Below, piece by piece: positions 11,759 to 25,562 of a DNA stretch of 64,000 nucleotides. Origin of the DNA: Trichosphaerium sp. ATCC 40318 (lineage: Eukaryota > Protista > Tubulinea); contig JALMLS010000076.1 in assembly GCA_038496445.1 (NCBI GenBank), positions 186,001-250,000 on the forward strand. The letters run 5' to 3'. The translations under genes and the position numbers were made by a program. The notes beneath the pieces are model-generated. The model was not told the DNA's origin. It worked only from the letters and a program-made list of their open reading frames with translations, and searched no databases. The first letter of the stretch is position 1. Each line of letters opens with the position of its first letter.

Positions 11759-14685
11759 TCACATTTGGAATTTATTACGTGGCTTAAATATTTTAAAAGG
11801 ATGTGCTTCGGTATTAAGCACATACTTATCAAGTGGTAATGTTGTATGTGGAGTGAATAAAAGATAAAGGTACTTAAGAGTCTCAGCAAGGAACCAACTT
11901 TGCATAACATCATCTTGTACTTGCTTGCTGCTATCAATTCCCTTCACACCAGTGTACCCATGAGCTACGCGACTGTATTTCTCTATAGCCTATAAAACAT
12001 GTGAGATAAGTTACGAAAGAATCGTTAAGAAAAATTCACCGGGACACGTGTAGGTGTTGGGTTAAAATCCTTGTAGATTCAAAAGGAAAAAAAGTTTTTT
12101 AAATTAGTACCTCGAATATCTCCCACCCTTTGTCTTGATACTTCGTATCGTTAGTAAGACGATATAGTATAAATAGAGTCTCAACAGCTTCAGGTCTAAG
12201 CAAGTATTGACTTCCCTGACCAGGCCTAAGAACAATAAGTTTCAAACAAAGAAAAAAACAGGATTTTTTTTAGAGAAAATGCGGTGTTGTGGCACTCGTA
12301 ATTAGCTTGTGTTGACTTCAATAATGGATTTTAAAACACATATGCTATCAAATGAGGTGAAGATACTTACTTTGTGATAAAGTCAGCAGCACCTCCAACA
12401 GTAACACTCTCAGCAGATAATCCAGTTTTTGTTCGATGATACATTTGATAACAAAATTCTCCTACACCAGCACCAATATCAAGATGTTTCTTTGCTTTTT
12501 CTTTATCTTCATGATGTATAGAACCAAGAGCGAACATTCCACCAGCAAAACAAGTCTTGAAAGCAAACAGTCAACACAAAAAGAATTTGAAAAAAAAAAA
12601 AAGAAGTTGTCGTACAAGATGTTCCATGCGTGATTTGAAGCTGTTACCACGCATCTCGCCTATATATGTAAGACCGTTGGGATTCGTTTTCCTAACGAGG
12701 TGTTTGGCAATGCTATCAGCAGATTCAAAGTACATATCTCTGAACATTGGCTCTGTCTTTCCAGTCAACAACCTTCAAATAGAAACGTTTAGCAAATTAA
12801 AAAAAAAAAGCTTATACGGGCAACACACAAAGCATTACGTACCATACTTTGAGCAAGTATTCATAGAAACTATCTGCTAGTCCACCTACAGCAAAAATGC
12901 CTACAAATTATTTTAGTAAACAGAAAAAGCGAAAATGAAAGAATGAATTTCAAAAAAACGAATAAATTTTTTAGGAGCAAAACGTTGTAAATGGTTTAAT
13001 GTAATTGTATATTCGGTATACACTTACTTTACCTGATGGTGATCCTGAATTGGATGAAATAAAGCTATGATATAATCCACCCTTCTGTTTCTTTTGTCTC
13101 ATGTATTTTATGGAGTCAAATGTCTAAAATAACAAAAATGTTAACAATACAAAAAAAGTAAAGTACGTCTCTTTCGGCACTAACCTGTTTCATGTATTTA
13201 GGGTCATTTGTTATTTCAGATAAATATGCAAACTCCATTTGCATGGTACCAATTTCTGCAAGAATAGATTTCTTACCTACGGAGTACTCAGTGAAAAAAC
13301 CAAAAAGTCAAGTTCGAATCTGAACTAACCTGCCCATGGATGAAATCCTTTCTGTCCACTATGTCTATTAGGTCTTCTCGTACTTTTTAAAAATTCATTA
13401 CTTACGTCTTTAGATTTATTCTAGGTGATGGTAATCCTGTTGTAGTTGTGTATGCCTTTAATAATCGCTCAGCCAAGTCAACAGATCTAATAACAATTTT
13501 TTGTTAAATACTTAACTTTACTGTTTTAAAAGTCGTACTTCTTTACCATAACATCATCACCAGTAAATGTGTACGCAGCTAACAATCCTCCCAGATACCT
13601 TATATTGGTCTCGAATACACTAACTTGAATATTCTACAAAGACAAAGAATTAGAAGAACAAAGGAACCAGCTACAAAAAAAATCAAAAAAAACCCACTTG
13701 TTTTCATTGATTAAATGCTAGCACCAGGCAGAGTGAATAAAAAAAAGTATAACTAAATTATTTGCAAGCGTATAACAGTGACGTAGCGTGGCTACTAGCC
13801 AGAATCTACAAAGTAATTCGAGTAAACTCGAAAAATGGTTTTCTTTCCCAAAAAAAAAAAGCGAGATTCGTTTTTTTTCTGTCAACAAAGAACCAACAAT
13901 CGTACTCTGTCAAATGATAGCTGATTAGCAATCCACTCGCGTGCACGCTTGTATGGATCCGTTAATCCAGCAATAAGGAGTGTGTCTAGACTATCAACAA
14001 GTGTGACACCCATTTTACCGAACATTGTGTGCACCTAGAAGAGATTTAGGCGATATACATTGGTTTTAACCACATTCTAAATCTCGGTGGGTTTACCTTT
14101 GTAGAAATAGGTTTTAGTTCATCCTCCCCGAACGCATACAGCTCGTACTGCTCATAGGCGAACTTTATAGCCTTATTTGTTACAATGTCAGTGTTGTTTT
14201 TAAAAAAAACTCTAGTACCTCTCTAACTTTTTCTCTACGCATCTTTTGAGTTTGAGGCTCATCAGATGGGAAATTAAATAAGTCTTGTGGGTTTTTGTAC
14301 AACGACAAATCGATGCCTATTTTAGCATTTAGAATAGCGAATATAGAGCGTATCGCTTGTTTTTTTGGTGAGTCACCAAAGCGACGTGGTTTTTACATAA
14401 AATAAGGTTTACCTTTAAGCTCCGGTGAGGTCATATTCGCCTTTTTAGGCTTTGTTGTGGCAATTGGTAGTTTTTTATCTGTTGAAATTGATTTGTCTTC
14501 ATGTTGTACAGGATGAGGTCCTAAGACGATATAAGCGCCTTTGTGGGTGCGTTTATAAGTGTACCGGCTAGTTTATCGAGGTTTAAAGTTAGTACGAGCG
14601 TAGTACCCAAACAGACGACAACAACGACTGATAAGATCAATAAGAATTGCTGGGTAGCATTACTTATCCGCTTTGAGTTACGCAT
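11759..14685 (-). CDS. Class I alpha-1,2-mannosidase (GH47), type II membrane protein
   Basis: N-terminal TM anchor. Motifs [78 protein letters not shown]. Confidence 0.95.
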
Positions 14686-14880
14686 TATGATGTATAACCA
14701 CTTATCGTTCTGTGACTTACAAGGAACGTACAAAAGTTTTTTTTAAGTCGGAGATTGTTTATCGTTCACACTTTTACGCAAACGTGCTAATTGTATTGAT
14801 CACGTGTGTTTTGCTAGGGATAAAAGCACCGTTCTGTAAAACTTAAGCGATTTCGAGTACTACAGTGTGGTCAGTGGAAA

Positions 14881-15900
14881 GTGTCTTGGATCCGGTTGAG
14901 GTTTATAAACTGTAAAATATGTTGCGACCTTATTGATGGACATAACAAGCGCCTTGAGGAGCTACATGGCGATACAAAGTGTCTCAGAAAAATTTGTGAT
15001 TTAATATACTATGATCGCAGGTTTGCAACGTCAACTGTGATGGCTAAAACATTTTATTACCACGCATACGGGTACTGTGCTAACTTGTCCGATACCTCGT
15101 TCGTTGGGTAATCATATCATACTTCAAGAAGGTACTTCACTTTTTGCAGACCAAAGCCCAAAGACGCCAATCAATTTCTTCGACAGAATACTGAACAGAC
15201 AGGAGTTTTCACAGATAGAGCGAGTATACACTCAAGCATATTATCGAACACGTGACTTCATCCAAACGAGATCTTGTTACTAGCGTTCGGGATAATTGTT
15301 TTCCCCCTTCAGACAAGTCATTCGAGATTTATGGTGACAATATCTAGTTTGTCCTGAATTGAAAATACATTAGCAGAACCCTATCTGAAACATTTTGTAT
15401 CGCGTGATACACAGCAGTCACATGAATTTCTTGCGTGTTTGAAGAATAGTATTGACAAACTGCGCTTAATAAACAAAAGCAAACACAACAACAATCACTT
15501 CTTAACAAGTAAGTAACACTACATACTTTACAACTAACTTGCATGAGTAGAAAATGTCAGACTAGAACCTACAGTTATAGAAGCCCTAGAGAAATGAAAA
15601 CCAGCCACCTAGTTGTTGAAGAATCTGTCTAAAACTGACCAGGAATGGAAAAAAATTGAAACTGAAATTGTAAAAGTTAAAGCAGCCGAAAGTCTGAAGC
15701 CAAAAGAAGTAATAAAGCAAGCTGCAAACTTGCGCAGCTGGGTGCTTCTTGAATTAGTTCTTGGTATCCTACTAAAGGCAATATCAACGAAAAAAAAACA
15801 ACAACTATGCTATTTTTTTCGTTGATATTGCATTAAAGATGGAGGTGAATAGATTGGTGATTATACTGGCAATGTATTGCGTACAATACAATGAGCTCTG
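14881..15900 (+). pseudogene. Decayed coding relic, possibly SET-domain related
   Basis: Broken ORFs with stops and frameshifts. 15832-15880 reads IKDGGE*IGDYTGNVL, resembling the SET motif I..GE.I.EY.G.V. Confidence 0.25.
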
Positions 15901-16142
15901 GCATAAAAAGCTGTAAACATGAATGTACTAGTACCACATAAGTAAATCAATGAGCATTATCACTCAACAAAGCAGTTTCTATTTACTATGACATTTGTAC
16001 AATCAAAAGTTGAAGAATGCAATTATTATGATAGAAGGCAATAATCCGATTATGAACTTCTTTCTAGGTTTTCTGTTTAGCATGAAGAATGTCCTTAATA
16101 AAACGATATTATTGCCATAGTCTTGATGATGTAAACGTGTTG

Positions 16143-17281
16143 TTAAATCCAATAAAACAAAGAAAGAAACGTTGGTATATCCATTGTCTCAGGGTTGAAA
16201 GGTACAACTGGTTTTTCAGGGTAAGGTATAATATGCAGTTGTTCATAGCTTGAGCGCATATGTACACTTAACCTGAAAGTATCTTTGAACTTCTGTACAA
16301 GACCTACAAGGTACATCCTCTGAAACACTCTATTCTTGAATATGCTAATAACAGCAAGGTTCCTTCCATTGTCGGTGTTCTTTGGCTGTGATGTGAACCT
16401 CTTTTCAAAGTAACGCGTGATGTATTTGTTACTTCCTGCTGCTTTTTCTAAAATGTCTTGTTTGTTATCTTCTAGCCAGTTATACCACCCTTGAGCGTTA
16501 TCAAAATCAATATATACACCAAGGACATCATTATCATTTATACGCTTATCTCTTCTATCTATACTTTTATATCCAGGACTTGATACCAGCGCAGTCAAAT
16601 GCCATCCACTTTCATTGCTGTTTTCGAAGAAAAAAATTAACGTCATCTCAAGTGTATAAAAAATGGGTGATTATTTGTACCTATTGTATAGATTGCCATC
16701 GTTCAAACAATAGCTCCAATCGCAATCTCCTGTGCAAGTAACACCGAAATCTATCAAAGAGAAACACTCACTTCGTGCGAAATTTTCTTTAAACCCTAGA
16801 CTCCAATCATCACGTGCTTCAAAGTAATATTGACCAACCTATGCAACTATAAACAAGACAAACCTATAAAAAAACTATTGGTTTGGGCACGTGTATTTCG
16901 TACAGAAGGGTAGAATGTACGAGAAAAAAAAGATGCAGTTCTAAAAGTTGCAGCCTCTTTGCTTGATAATGTCAAGTTTCTCCGCTCTTCGAACTTGTAC
17001 AAGTCGCAACTGAGAAATAAATCCTTCCAAATAGCTTTATTATCACTCTCCTTTTGATATACGCTTAGTAAAGCACTTGGGAAGTATGTGGAGAGCATAT
17101 TTTTCCATAATACATTATCTAGCGTGAACTCCTCCCATACTCTACAAACTGAAGCGTTTTGAAGCGTTTGCTTCGCACCACAGTACATAAATATTTTTGT
17201 GAGCAACCCTGAGTTTATTACGCATTCTAAACTACTCAGCGATATAATTTCGTTCTTTTTCTTTTGATTAAAACCAGACAT
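16143..17281 (-). CDS. F-box protein with SPRY/B30.2-like C-terminal region
   Basis: LLTKIFMYCGAKQTLQNASVCRVWEEFTLDNVLWK is an F-box. YYFEA, WSYCLNDGNLY and DVLGVYIDFD resemble SPRY strands. Two introns. Confidence 0.7.
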
Positions 17282-17609
17282 GCTGTCGCTTCCCTTTCTT
17301 TAAATTGCAAGAAAAATTGCCAGTATTGGACCACTTGCACTTGCTGTGCAATTTAAAAGATGTAAGGCTGTATTTCGCATACAGCTTGGTTTTGCTTCGA
17401 AGCAACAATCTGATGTTGCACAGTACAGGTATTAGAAGTTGTTCATAGATCTCTTAGCAAGTACTATAACTCAAAATGTACAAGCATTTAGTACTTGTTG
17501 TCTAGCTGTAACCTAGAGTAACAAGTGTCATATAATTCTCTAAGAGAATTGAACAATACATTTTTTATTTTTGTTTTGAAAAAGTTTTATTTATTGGAGT
17601 GCTTTTTCA

Positions 17610-20600
17610 TCAAAGTCTTGATGCTTTCCGAAGGGAAATCAGCTTTGCTGTATCTTTAATCTTCTGACTACAGTCTGACTCCCTATTATACTTTCCAACA
17701 CGTCTAAACTTTCCAATCATACTTACTAATGCAGTCAACTTATCCTCATTCTGATATTCCTTTGCAAGCTTGAAAATTGTAATACCACGTGAATTAACAG
17801 GTTGTCTATCAAGTATACCCATATTTATGAACTGATTTAATGCTTGCTTAGCCATCTCTAAAGAAATCAAAAAGCGGTAAGGACAAGGCAATAATGTAGA
17901 AGTACAACGAAGGAAAGAAGAGGATGTACCTTTTGATACTGATTCAAAAAAAGATAATTCTCCTTGTCTGTATAAAGTCTCTCCTACACGACGTATACCG
18001 ACCAAGAATTCAGCTTCTTCGAATACTTTATTAGGAAATAAAGCAAACAGGCAAGCACTTGTCATCCAATAATTCTCAATAAAAGGCCAAACCAAAGAAC
18101 ACAAGAAATCAAACATCTCATGACCTTATAACAATAAGAAAAAAAGAAGAAAGCAAATACTTCTAGTCTATGCGTTCAAATTCTTTACTATTTTCTTTCC
18201 CCACCCAGAAATACCCTTATATTTCATTTCACTGGTAAAACCAGGTATTTCATTGGGTGGTAAAAACAAAATTTTTGAAGACGAATAGAACTTAGTTTGA
18301 AGAATTTTTTTGGCTGTCATTTGCGTACCTTCCTCTGATATGTAAACAACATTATTTTCTGAAATAAGTATATTACGCTTTAACATAACCTTTAAGGTTT
18401 CCTTAAAGTTTGCGTTGAAGTTTGCCAATGGCTGTTCAAAGCATTAATATGATCAAAAAACAAAAAAAAACCTCATAGAAAAAAAAATCTACAAAATATA
18501 AACGATCAAAACCTTACCTTATAAACAAACTCTGATTTGAATAATTTCGATAGAAATTGTGTTCCCTGCATTAACTCATCTTGAGGTACCTGCTTGGTTC
18601 CTTTTTTAATAAAACTATAGAGTGTACATGCAATAAGCGCTAGAGAAAAAATTAGTGAAAAAAAAAGGAGAGAAGAAAAGCTCATCGTGAAAGTCGCTAA
18701 CACTGTTTACCTTCTGCTACAAAAAGATGAATCAATTGGTTTCTATAGAAGCTTAAATGGAATCTTTGTGTTGGAGAGTAGATAGGTGTCAACAGAGAGT
18801 TCCATTGAGTAATAGAACCCGAAAGTAAAAGAGCTACTTTATCAATAACACGCTCTAAGAAGAATAAGTACTCAGCTTGAAGTGTTCTCATTTGTTTTAA
18901 GGCAAGAAAGGGCATAGTCCAAGTATAAGAATACCTTAGCTAGCCCGATACATAACGATATAAATACTTAAACGTGGGTTCTTACCAATGTTGTGTAAAT
19001 GAGCGACTTTTCCTTTTCGCTTTACAACTTCTTCAGCGATCCATTTCACCTTGTAAGCTAAATCAGCTTTTGAAATACCTCTTCCAAAGTGCGTTAATAG
19101 AGCTGTAACAACAAGAGCTGTTGGCATAACAACCGCAGCAGAGTTTATCCGATACATAACACTAAACCAAAAGATTAAAAATACAGCAAACAACAAGGCA
19201 AAGTTTTACATCAAAAGAGGATACTTTAAAGAGAAAAAAATTAAAAAAGACAGCAGTCGTACGAATAACTAGTTATCGAGGCCAAGTGCTTGAAATCATT
19301 CAAGTCTTTCATAGGACGAAGCTTTCTTGTTGTAATTTCAGACTTTACAAAGTTTGCCAATGAGTAAGGCCTTGCAATACGAACATCTATTCTTCCGAAT
19401 TGAAACTTAAGTAGTTCCATTGCTATTAAGTCAGTCAAACGTATATTTTAAATATACGTACCGGATATGAGTTGAATAAGACTCTCAGGTCTTTTAGGTC
19501 GCCCAAGTAGCTCATCAATGTATGTTTCAGTCTCAATAACCTTTTCGTAACCTAGAATTGATTTTTAATATTTTTTTTATCACGTGATAAGATTTAGCGT
19601 ACCTATGTACATGGGCACTATGTAACAATCCTTAATACGTCCTAAAAATATTTGTGAGAATATAAAATTATTTAACAAAGGTGTCAAGTGCAAGAAAAGC
19701 CAAGATGGTTCACGAAAGAGACGCTCAAAATAAAAATTATACCGGATAGTATTCCACGCAATATGATTGATGTTAACCCCATACGGGGTTCTACAAGTTT
19801 CCCTGTACGAGATCTCTGTCCTTCAATAAAGAATTCTAAATTATAGCCTTTTCTAATTTTGACAGATCATGTGTCAGAAAAAAATAAGAAAAAAACAAAA
19901 TGAACTTGCGTACTCAAGTATTTGAGTTATATACTCTTCCATAACTGCTTTATACAGTGGATCTTCTCCAGTCTTTCTTTTAATGTAAAATACACCACTT
20001 TTTCTAAGCAAGCCACCGACATACGGGATGTTCATATCTACAAGAAAGCTGTTAAAAAAAACTTTAAAAAGTCTGAACACCATGACGTACTGGAACCTGC
20101 TGCAATGAATGGTAATGATAAATTCAAGTAATAAAATAATAAAGATACTATAGGACCATCCATATGTGCTATAATTAACCAATCAGCGACAACGCTTTCG
20201 CTTCAAACAGAGCGAAAATTTTTTTGAAAAATGAAGAAAAAAAAAGTACTTTTATGTGTTGGTAGTATTATCATTGATACACCCTTCTCTTGTGCTTTAA
20301 TAGCAGTTTCTCTCAGCTAGTTAAAAAAAGAATAAGTTAGCAATATAACGTGCTAGAAAAGGATAGTTTGAGACGTTTCGAAGTTTTAGTCAAAAGAACA
20401 GTAAGGCGTATCCGTACTCGACGCATTTCGTGTTTATCTATATGCACAGCGCTATAAAGACGCTGTGCGATAGTTTGTACAACAACACCTACTCCACGAA
20501 GGACATTTTCGCGATAATCCGTAATCATGCCATCTATCTGGTTTAAATCATTAGATTACGCGTATTTGTATTGTTTACCTTCTTTTTTGCTATACGTTCC

Positions 20601-20974
20601 ACTTTCCGCCGCTGTAAGTGAGGTCTTGTACTCATAAAACTATCAACAGCACTTTGAACGACTGGAGATACGAATATATCATGTTTAAACTCCTCACCAA
20701 CCTTTTTGCGAAATATGGGCTGCCCTTTGGCATGTAAGCGCTAATAATGCATAAAATCATTACCTATGATATCTTCTGTTTTGTACATGTCTCTAAAGAA
20801 GCTTTTTGCATCTTTGAGACGTGAAGTGAAAAATGATACGTAATTTGGTATCTTAGATAGTTTGAACTGATCAGGGTCTCTAGGCGTTGTAATGTCATCT
20901 TCTTCCTCGTCTCCTTCGTGAAAAAAGATGCGTTGCAAGTTCTCAGTGAAGGGGCCGTTTTTGCGATGTCTCAT
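17610..20974 (-). CDS. Glycerol-3-phosphate / dihydroxyacetone-phosphate acyltransferase (GPAT/GNPAT, PlsB-like)
   Basis: IILPTHK(S), GGLLRKSGVFYIKR, FFIEGQRSRTGKL..PRMG, GYEKVIETETYIDELLGRPKRPESL, LSFYRNQLIHLFVAE. Confidence 0.92.
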
Positions 20975-21121
20975 TGATACTGGTTGCGGTAAATTCTGAG
21001 CTACCGTCGGTATACATGACTTGACTTAGTGTGGTTAAGTTGGATTAGAACGCGCTAGTTTTAGCAAGCATCAAATTGCTCTGATAATAGCAATGGCGTA
21101 ATGTAACAACCACCAATAACT

Positions 21122-21262
21122 TTGTTTAAGGACAAATAGAGTGATACATCGATTTTAGACTTCCCTTCAGAGATAATCGCTCATTTACTTACTGCAGTTT
21201 GTGGCCGTTGAGAATCGATGCTGTTTCTCAAAGCTGTAAACGATTATCAGACATCGCACCAC
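21122..21262 (+). pseudogene. Frameshifted copy of the F-box segment of the gene at 1-307
   Basis: Near-identical to the reverse complement of ~148-287 (gatacatcgattttagacttcccttcagagataatcgc...tttctcaaagctgtaaacgattatcagacatc), with small indels and an in-frame TAG. Confidence 0.85.
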
Positions 21263-21709
21263 GTGATTGTGTGAATGTTGCAAAAGAAATTAAAAGCAAA
21301 GTGATTGGTTGGCACTAGCTTATAACGACTTGTTGACCTCACCCAAAACGTGCTCAACAACACTTTAATACAATGTTTGGCTTCCATTAAGCGCCTGTAG
21401 ACTTAGCTCATACATACAGTGAAATAAATCATGTTTTTTTCTGTTTGTCTTATCAGTTACATCTCAACAGTGTTCAAAGGTTGCAAACTGAAAACGGCAA
21501 AAGAAACAAACGTTGTATCAATAGAATGGTTTGCCATTGAATGAGTGTAGGTACATTAGGAGTATAGCTTATATACGGTATTGTTTATATTGCTGGTTTT
21601 GTACAATGTAAGGTTTACCTTCAACTACTTTATTTTTGAAATGACATGTGTTGGTACCATTACCATCGTGCAAATAGGAAGAATTTGCATTTGTTTTATA
21701 CTTCCTTTA

Positions 21710-22765
21710 TTATTCTTCACACCACTCATTTTCTTTTCGTACTTGTGCTTCTTCCTCTGGTGTAAAATCACTTTCTATGTTAAACTGTTTTCTTATTTCT
21801 GCAGGTGTTTTTCCTCTTATTCTTCTAGCAATAGATCTACAAGATATATCGATCAAGGGCTAAATAAAAGAGTATATTAGAAAGTTGTTTTACTGTTGTT
21901 CAGAAAACACGTGTGGTCAAAAACAGGCAAAAAACAAAACCATTGAAAGAGGAAAAATCTGAGTCAGATTTTAGGGTTTTTTCTCATCAATAATATGGCA
22001 TTCCTTCTCTTCCCTTAAGGTGAAGGATATTGTATAATAGCTTAATTCGTTGACAGGTTGGTACATTTTAGAATACAGCCACATTATACCTTCTGAGAGG
22101 AATACGAAAAAAATGGTTTTGAAGAAGAAAAAAAAATTGATTTGTTTGATTAGTATCGTACTCTAATACCAAGATAATAACTAGCCATTATAGTGCCAAA
22201 TATATCTGATTGTTCAAAGTTATCAAAGTCTTCATCTGTCAATCCTGGTTTACCACCTTGAATATCAATACAATATTTGACAACCTAAATAAAAATAAAA
22301 GGTTAAAAAAACCTCCACAAAAGTGGGAGTGCACTCCCTTAGTATAGTTCGACCAACATAATTTTAACAACCGATTCTATGGCGAGGTGGTTTGGGTATT
22401 CAAAAATTATAGCTTCAGCCATTTAAGGTTATGATGCACGTACAAGGTCAACAATGTGATCTTCAGCTTCAACACAAACTGTAATATCATTTCCCAAAGT
22501 ACAGCAAGATGATTGAACACGCTCAACAAGTGTACGCATGGCATGTGTTATTGAGTTAACCGATGGAAATATGCCAACAGATGTATCATTATAACTGCTT
22601 GGTTTGAATAGATCGCTTATTAGCGCAGAAACTGATATAGCTCCATACTCAACAGGGAATTTTTTTCCAGTTCTGTAACGTGTTAGATTCCAGAAAAAAA
22701 ACAGAATGTCAAATTGTTGTGACGTACTGTGATTGGATCCAAACAATTGTTGTATCATCTACCAT
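21710..22765 (-). CDS. Divergent Skp1-like protein (SCF adaptor), 4 exons
   Basis: [13 protein letters not shown]|[21 protein letters not shown]...IVDL|VVKYC...[19 protein letters not shown]|[49 protein letters not shown]. The C-terminus is an unmistakable Skp1 F-box-binding region. Confidence 0.92.
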
Positions 22766-22834
22766 GCTAAGTGAAGCCTATAGGGATGAGATGAAAGTAT
22801 AGCACAAACCTCAAATAACGTGGATTTGAATGTT

Positions 22835-24008
22835 TTAGTGAATTAGTTTTAGACTTGTATTTAATCTAATTCTACTTGTAGTCAACACATACTTGAGTTT
22901 GTACAAGATATATTGGTCAAGTACATTGTATAATTGTGGGTTGCAATTAAAAAAAAATCACGTGATCTTATTTTACGTACTGGTTCTTTTGGTCTACTTT
23001 TAGCAAGTGCGTCAAGATTTAGTTCACGTTTTATAGCAGTGTTGACATCAATGTTAAATACTGCCTTCCACATACTTTTTACCTCTCCACTATCTAATGG
23101 TGTGACACCTTCAGCTACTGCACCCGACTACAAAAAAAATAAACGGCAAAAACCCACGTGCAAGTGAAGAATTATCCAAAAAAAAGATCAAAACCTAATT
23201 TCACCTTCATTACTATCCAATTATAGATCATCAACAGTAAATCATCCCAAAGCATCTCTAAACGACAATACATACCAACAATTATATCATTACCATTATC
23301 AGAGTCTTTTAAAAGTACAGCATCCTTAGCAGCGCTCTATTAAAGTGAGTTAACCCAAACCAGAATAAAATTAAAAAAAAAGCTGAAAAGGGTAGTTTCG
23401 CATTACGTTTGTAAAATGCTGCATTGCTTCAATGCACAGGTCTCCAAGGGTTTTAGAAAGCGTCACACGATCTGATTTACCAAGATGCTTCATCAGGACC
23501 TGATTTAGCCATACAAGAGACGACGTTGGCACTTTTATTTGAGAAACAACGCAATCTGCAATAAAGCACAACGATACTTTGACTAATCGGCTATTCAAGA
23601 ACTCTGACTCTTTTCTATGCCACTTTTGGTTAAAACAAAAACGGTTAGTAACCGTCTTGGTATTTTAAACTCAACAGCGCTGTAGTCGCGTATTTGGAGT
23701 ATCGTGGTAGCTAAACGTACGTTTTTTGCGTAAAATACTCTTGTGGCTTCCTTCCATGATTTGAACTCTTTTAACTGCTCGACACTATAGCACAGAAGGT
23801 AACGTACGCCTGTCGGTGCTATTTCACATTAACTGAAATCAAATCCAGGATATTTTAACGTACTTTCGCGTAGAACGATCTGTTTCCAGATGTAATCCGA
23901 ATCGCATATACTTTTCTTTCTTTTACATGTTCTTCCGAATCTTCCTAATGTGCGAATGTCAAGTCGAGCTACTACAGCGTAAAGAGCATCTTCGTTGCTT
24001 ATATCCAT
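22835..24008 (-). CDS. F-box protein with unknown C-terminal domain, multi-exon
   Basis: Exon 1 reads MDISNEDALYAVVARLDIRTLGRFGRTCKRKKSICDSDYIWKQIVLRE, an F-box. The last exon boundary is uncertain (~22835-22875). Confidence 0.75.
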
Positions 24009-24423
24009 CAGTTCAGGTTATTATAAATGGAGTAAAGAAAACTCGAGATTTTTTATTAAGAGGACTTCTACAACTAACAACAAAAGGCGTCCTTATACGG
24101 TTACTTGCAAGAGATGGGTGCTTATACAAGAGGTATATGTTAATAAGTGCCACGTGTATTCTATGTCTACTGTTGAGTGAGTAGCGTGTTTTATTGTAAC
24201 TTTACAGCAAGACCTGTGGTTTAGAGCTGTGGCAAAGAATTAGATTCCAAAATAAGTACTTTGTTTGTTAGATGCAAACATAACAAAGAAAAATCAACCA
24301 CGTGATAAAATATGAAAAGAACCCCAAAGCTTGATTATTTGTGGTTGTTTTAAAAGCATGCTTCCGGCACTCTACAACAAAAGGAACTAACCAATTGTAA
24401 TATAGGCTTTCTTTATTCTTGTG

Positions 24424-25562
24424 TCAATATACAATCTTTTCAGTTGCACCTAATAAATGCAGCAAACTACTCTGATGTAGCGGCCTTATAGTTGTGAATA
24501 CCTTAGATAAACACTGCAAAAAGCGGGGCTCGATCAACTCCGGTGTAGATGCTAACTAGGCTTCACTATAACATAATAAGCAACTCAACCATACCTTTTG
24601 TTCAAAGGTGCAAAAGCTAAAACTCACCCTCACCCACTCTTTGTTCTTTTTAAAACCATTTAGTTCCCAGTGCGCCTAAATAAACGTGTTACACAATGTC
24701 GGGTGTTGGCGACACTAAATGGGCCTCAAAATAGAATGTGCGGAGTATTGAACATGTAGGTACCATTTAATGAACTATAATAACATTGAAAAGTATCCCC
24801 TGTTCACAAATACCCCTTGTATCACCTTCAACGTACATACACAATCCTCATCGCTGTCATAATCACCGTTTTCATCTTCCACCATAGTAGGATCGTCGCT
24901 GCATTCTAGTTTAATCTCCTCGCCTTCTGTTGCCAGTTTTTCTAAACTGATTAGTTTTTTCGCTGCCAATTGCACTATCAAAATTAGTGTTTACCTTCTG
25001 TTTCTCTCAATTCCTGTTTTCCTTTACTGGGGCTCTTTGAGATAAGCGCAAGGTATTCTATAATCGTTTTGGTATCATTTAAGAACTCCGAACGTCCCTT
25101 GTAGTCTCTAAAAAAAGACTTGAATTTAATTTTGACAATCGGGATTGTTTTCTTTTATATTGTGGGTTACTTACTTTACATTGTCCAATAGCCACACCAA
25201 ATCCTCTAATGCCATACCCTTGGCACCACTGTCTGACGGATTCGCTAAAGTGCTTGATCTCTTCTGGTACTCCTTCCAAATGCCTTGTTCTTTTGCTTTT
25301 TGACACACAACAGATATTTGACCATCACAGATGTGAAAGAGCATACGTTTGATGTCACCAACTGTCATTGGGCTAGTCTTTCGCCCAGAAACAGTGTCGG
25401 TTTCGACCTCCTTAACTGTGTTGCTGTTCAGAACGTTGTTTCTACTTTGGTTGATTCCCATGGTTGCTAAAAATTGGTTGTTGAGTTGTTGTTGAGTTGA
25501 TTTGTATTTTATTGTTGTTGCAACAACTTACTTAATGTCTGTGTGTTGTTAAATGATGTCAT
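24424..25562 (-). CDS. Hypothetical multi-exon protein
   Basis: Exon-like ORFs 25171-25461 and 24775-24981 are linked by GT-AG introns. Acidic stretch EDENGDYDSDED. No recognisable family. Confidence 0.5.

Noticed and set aside
21995-22090. Possible H/ACA snoRNA (hairpin-ATAATA-hairpin-ACA) in a Skp1 intron
   Set aside because: It is antisense to the host gene and the stems are short. It cannot be supported without a covariance-model search.
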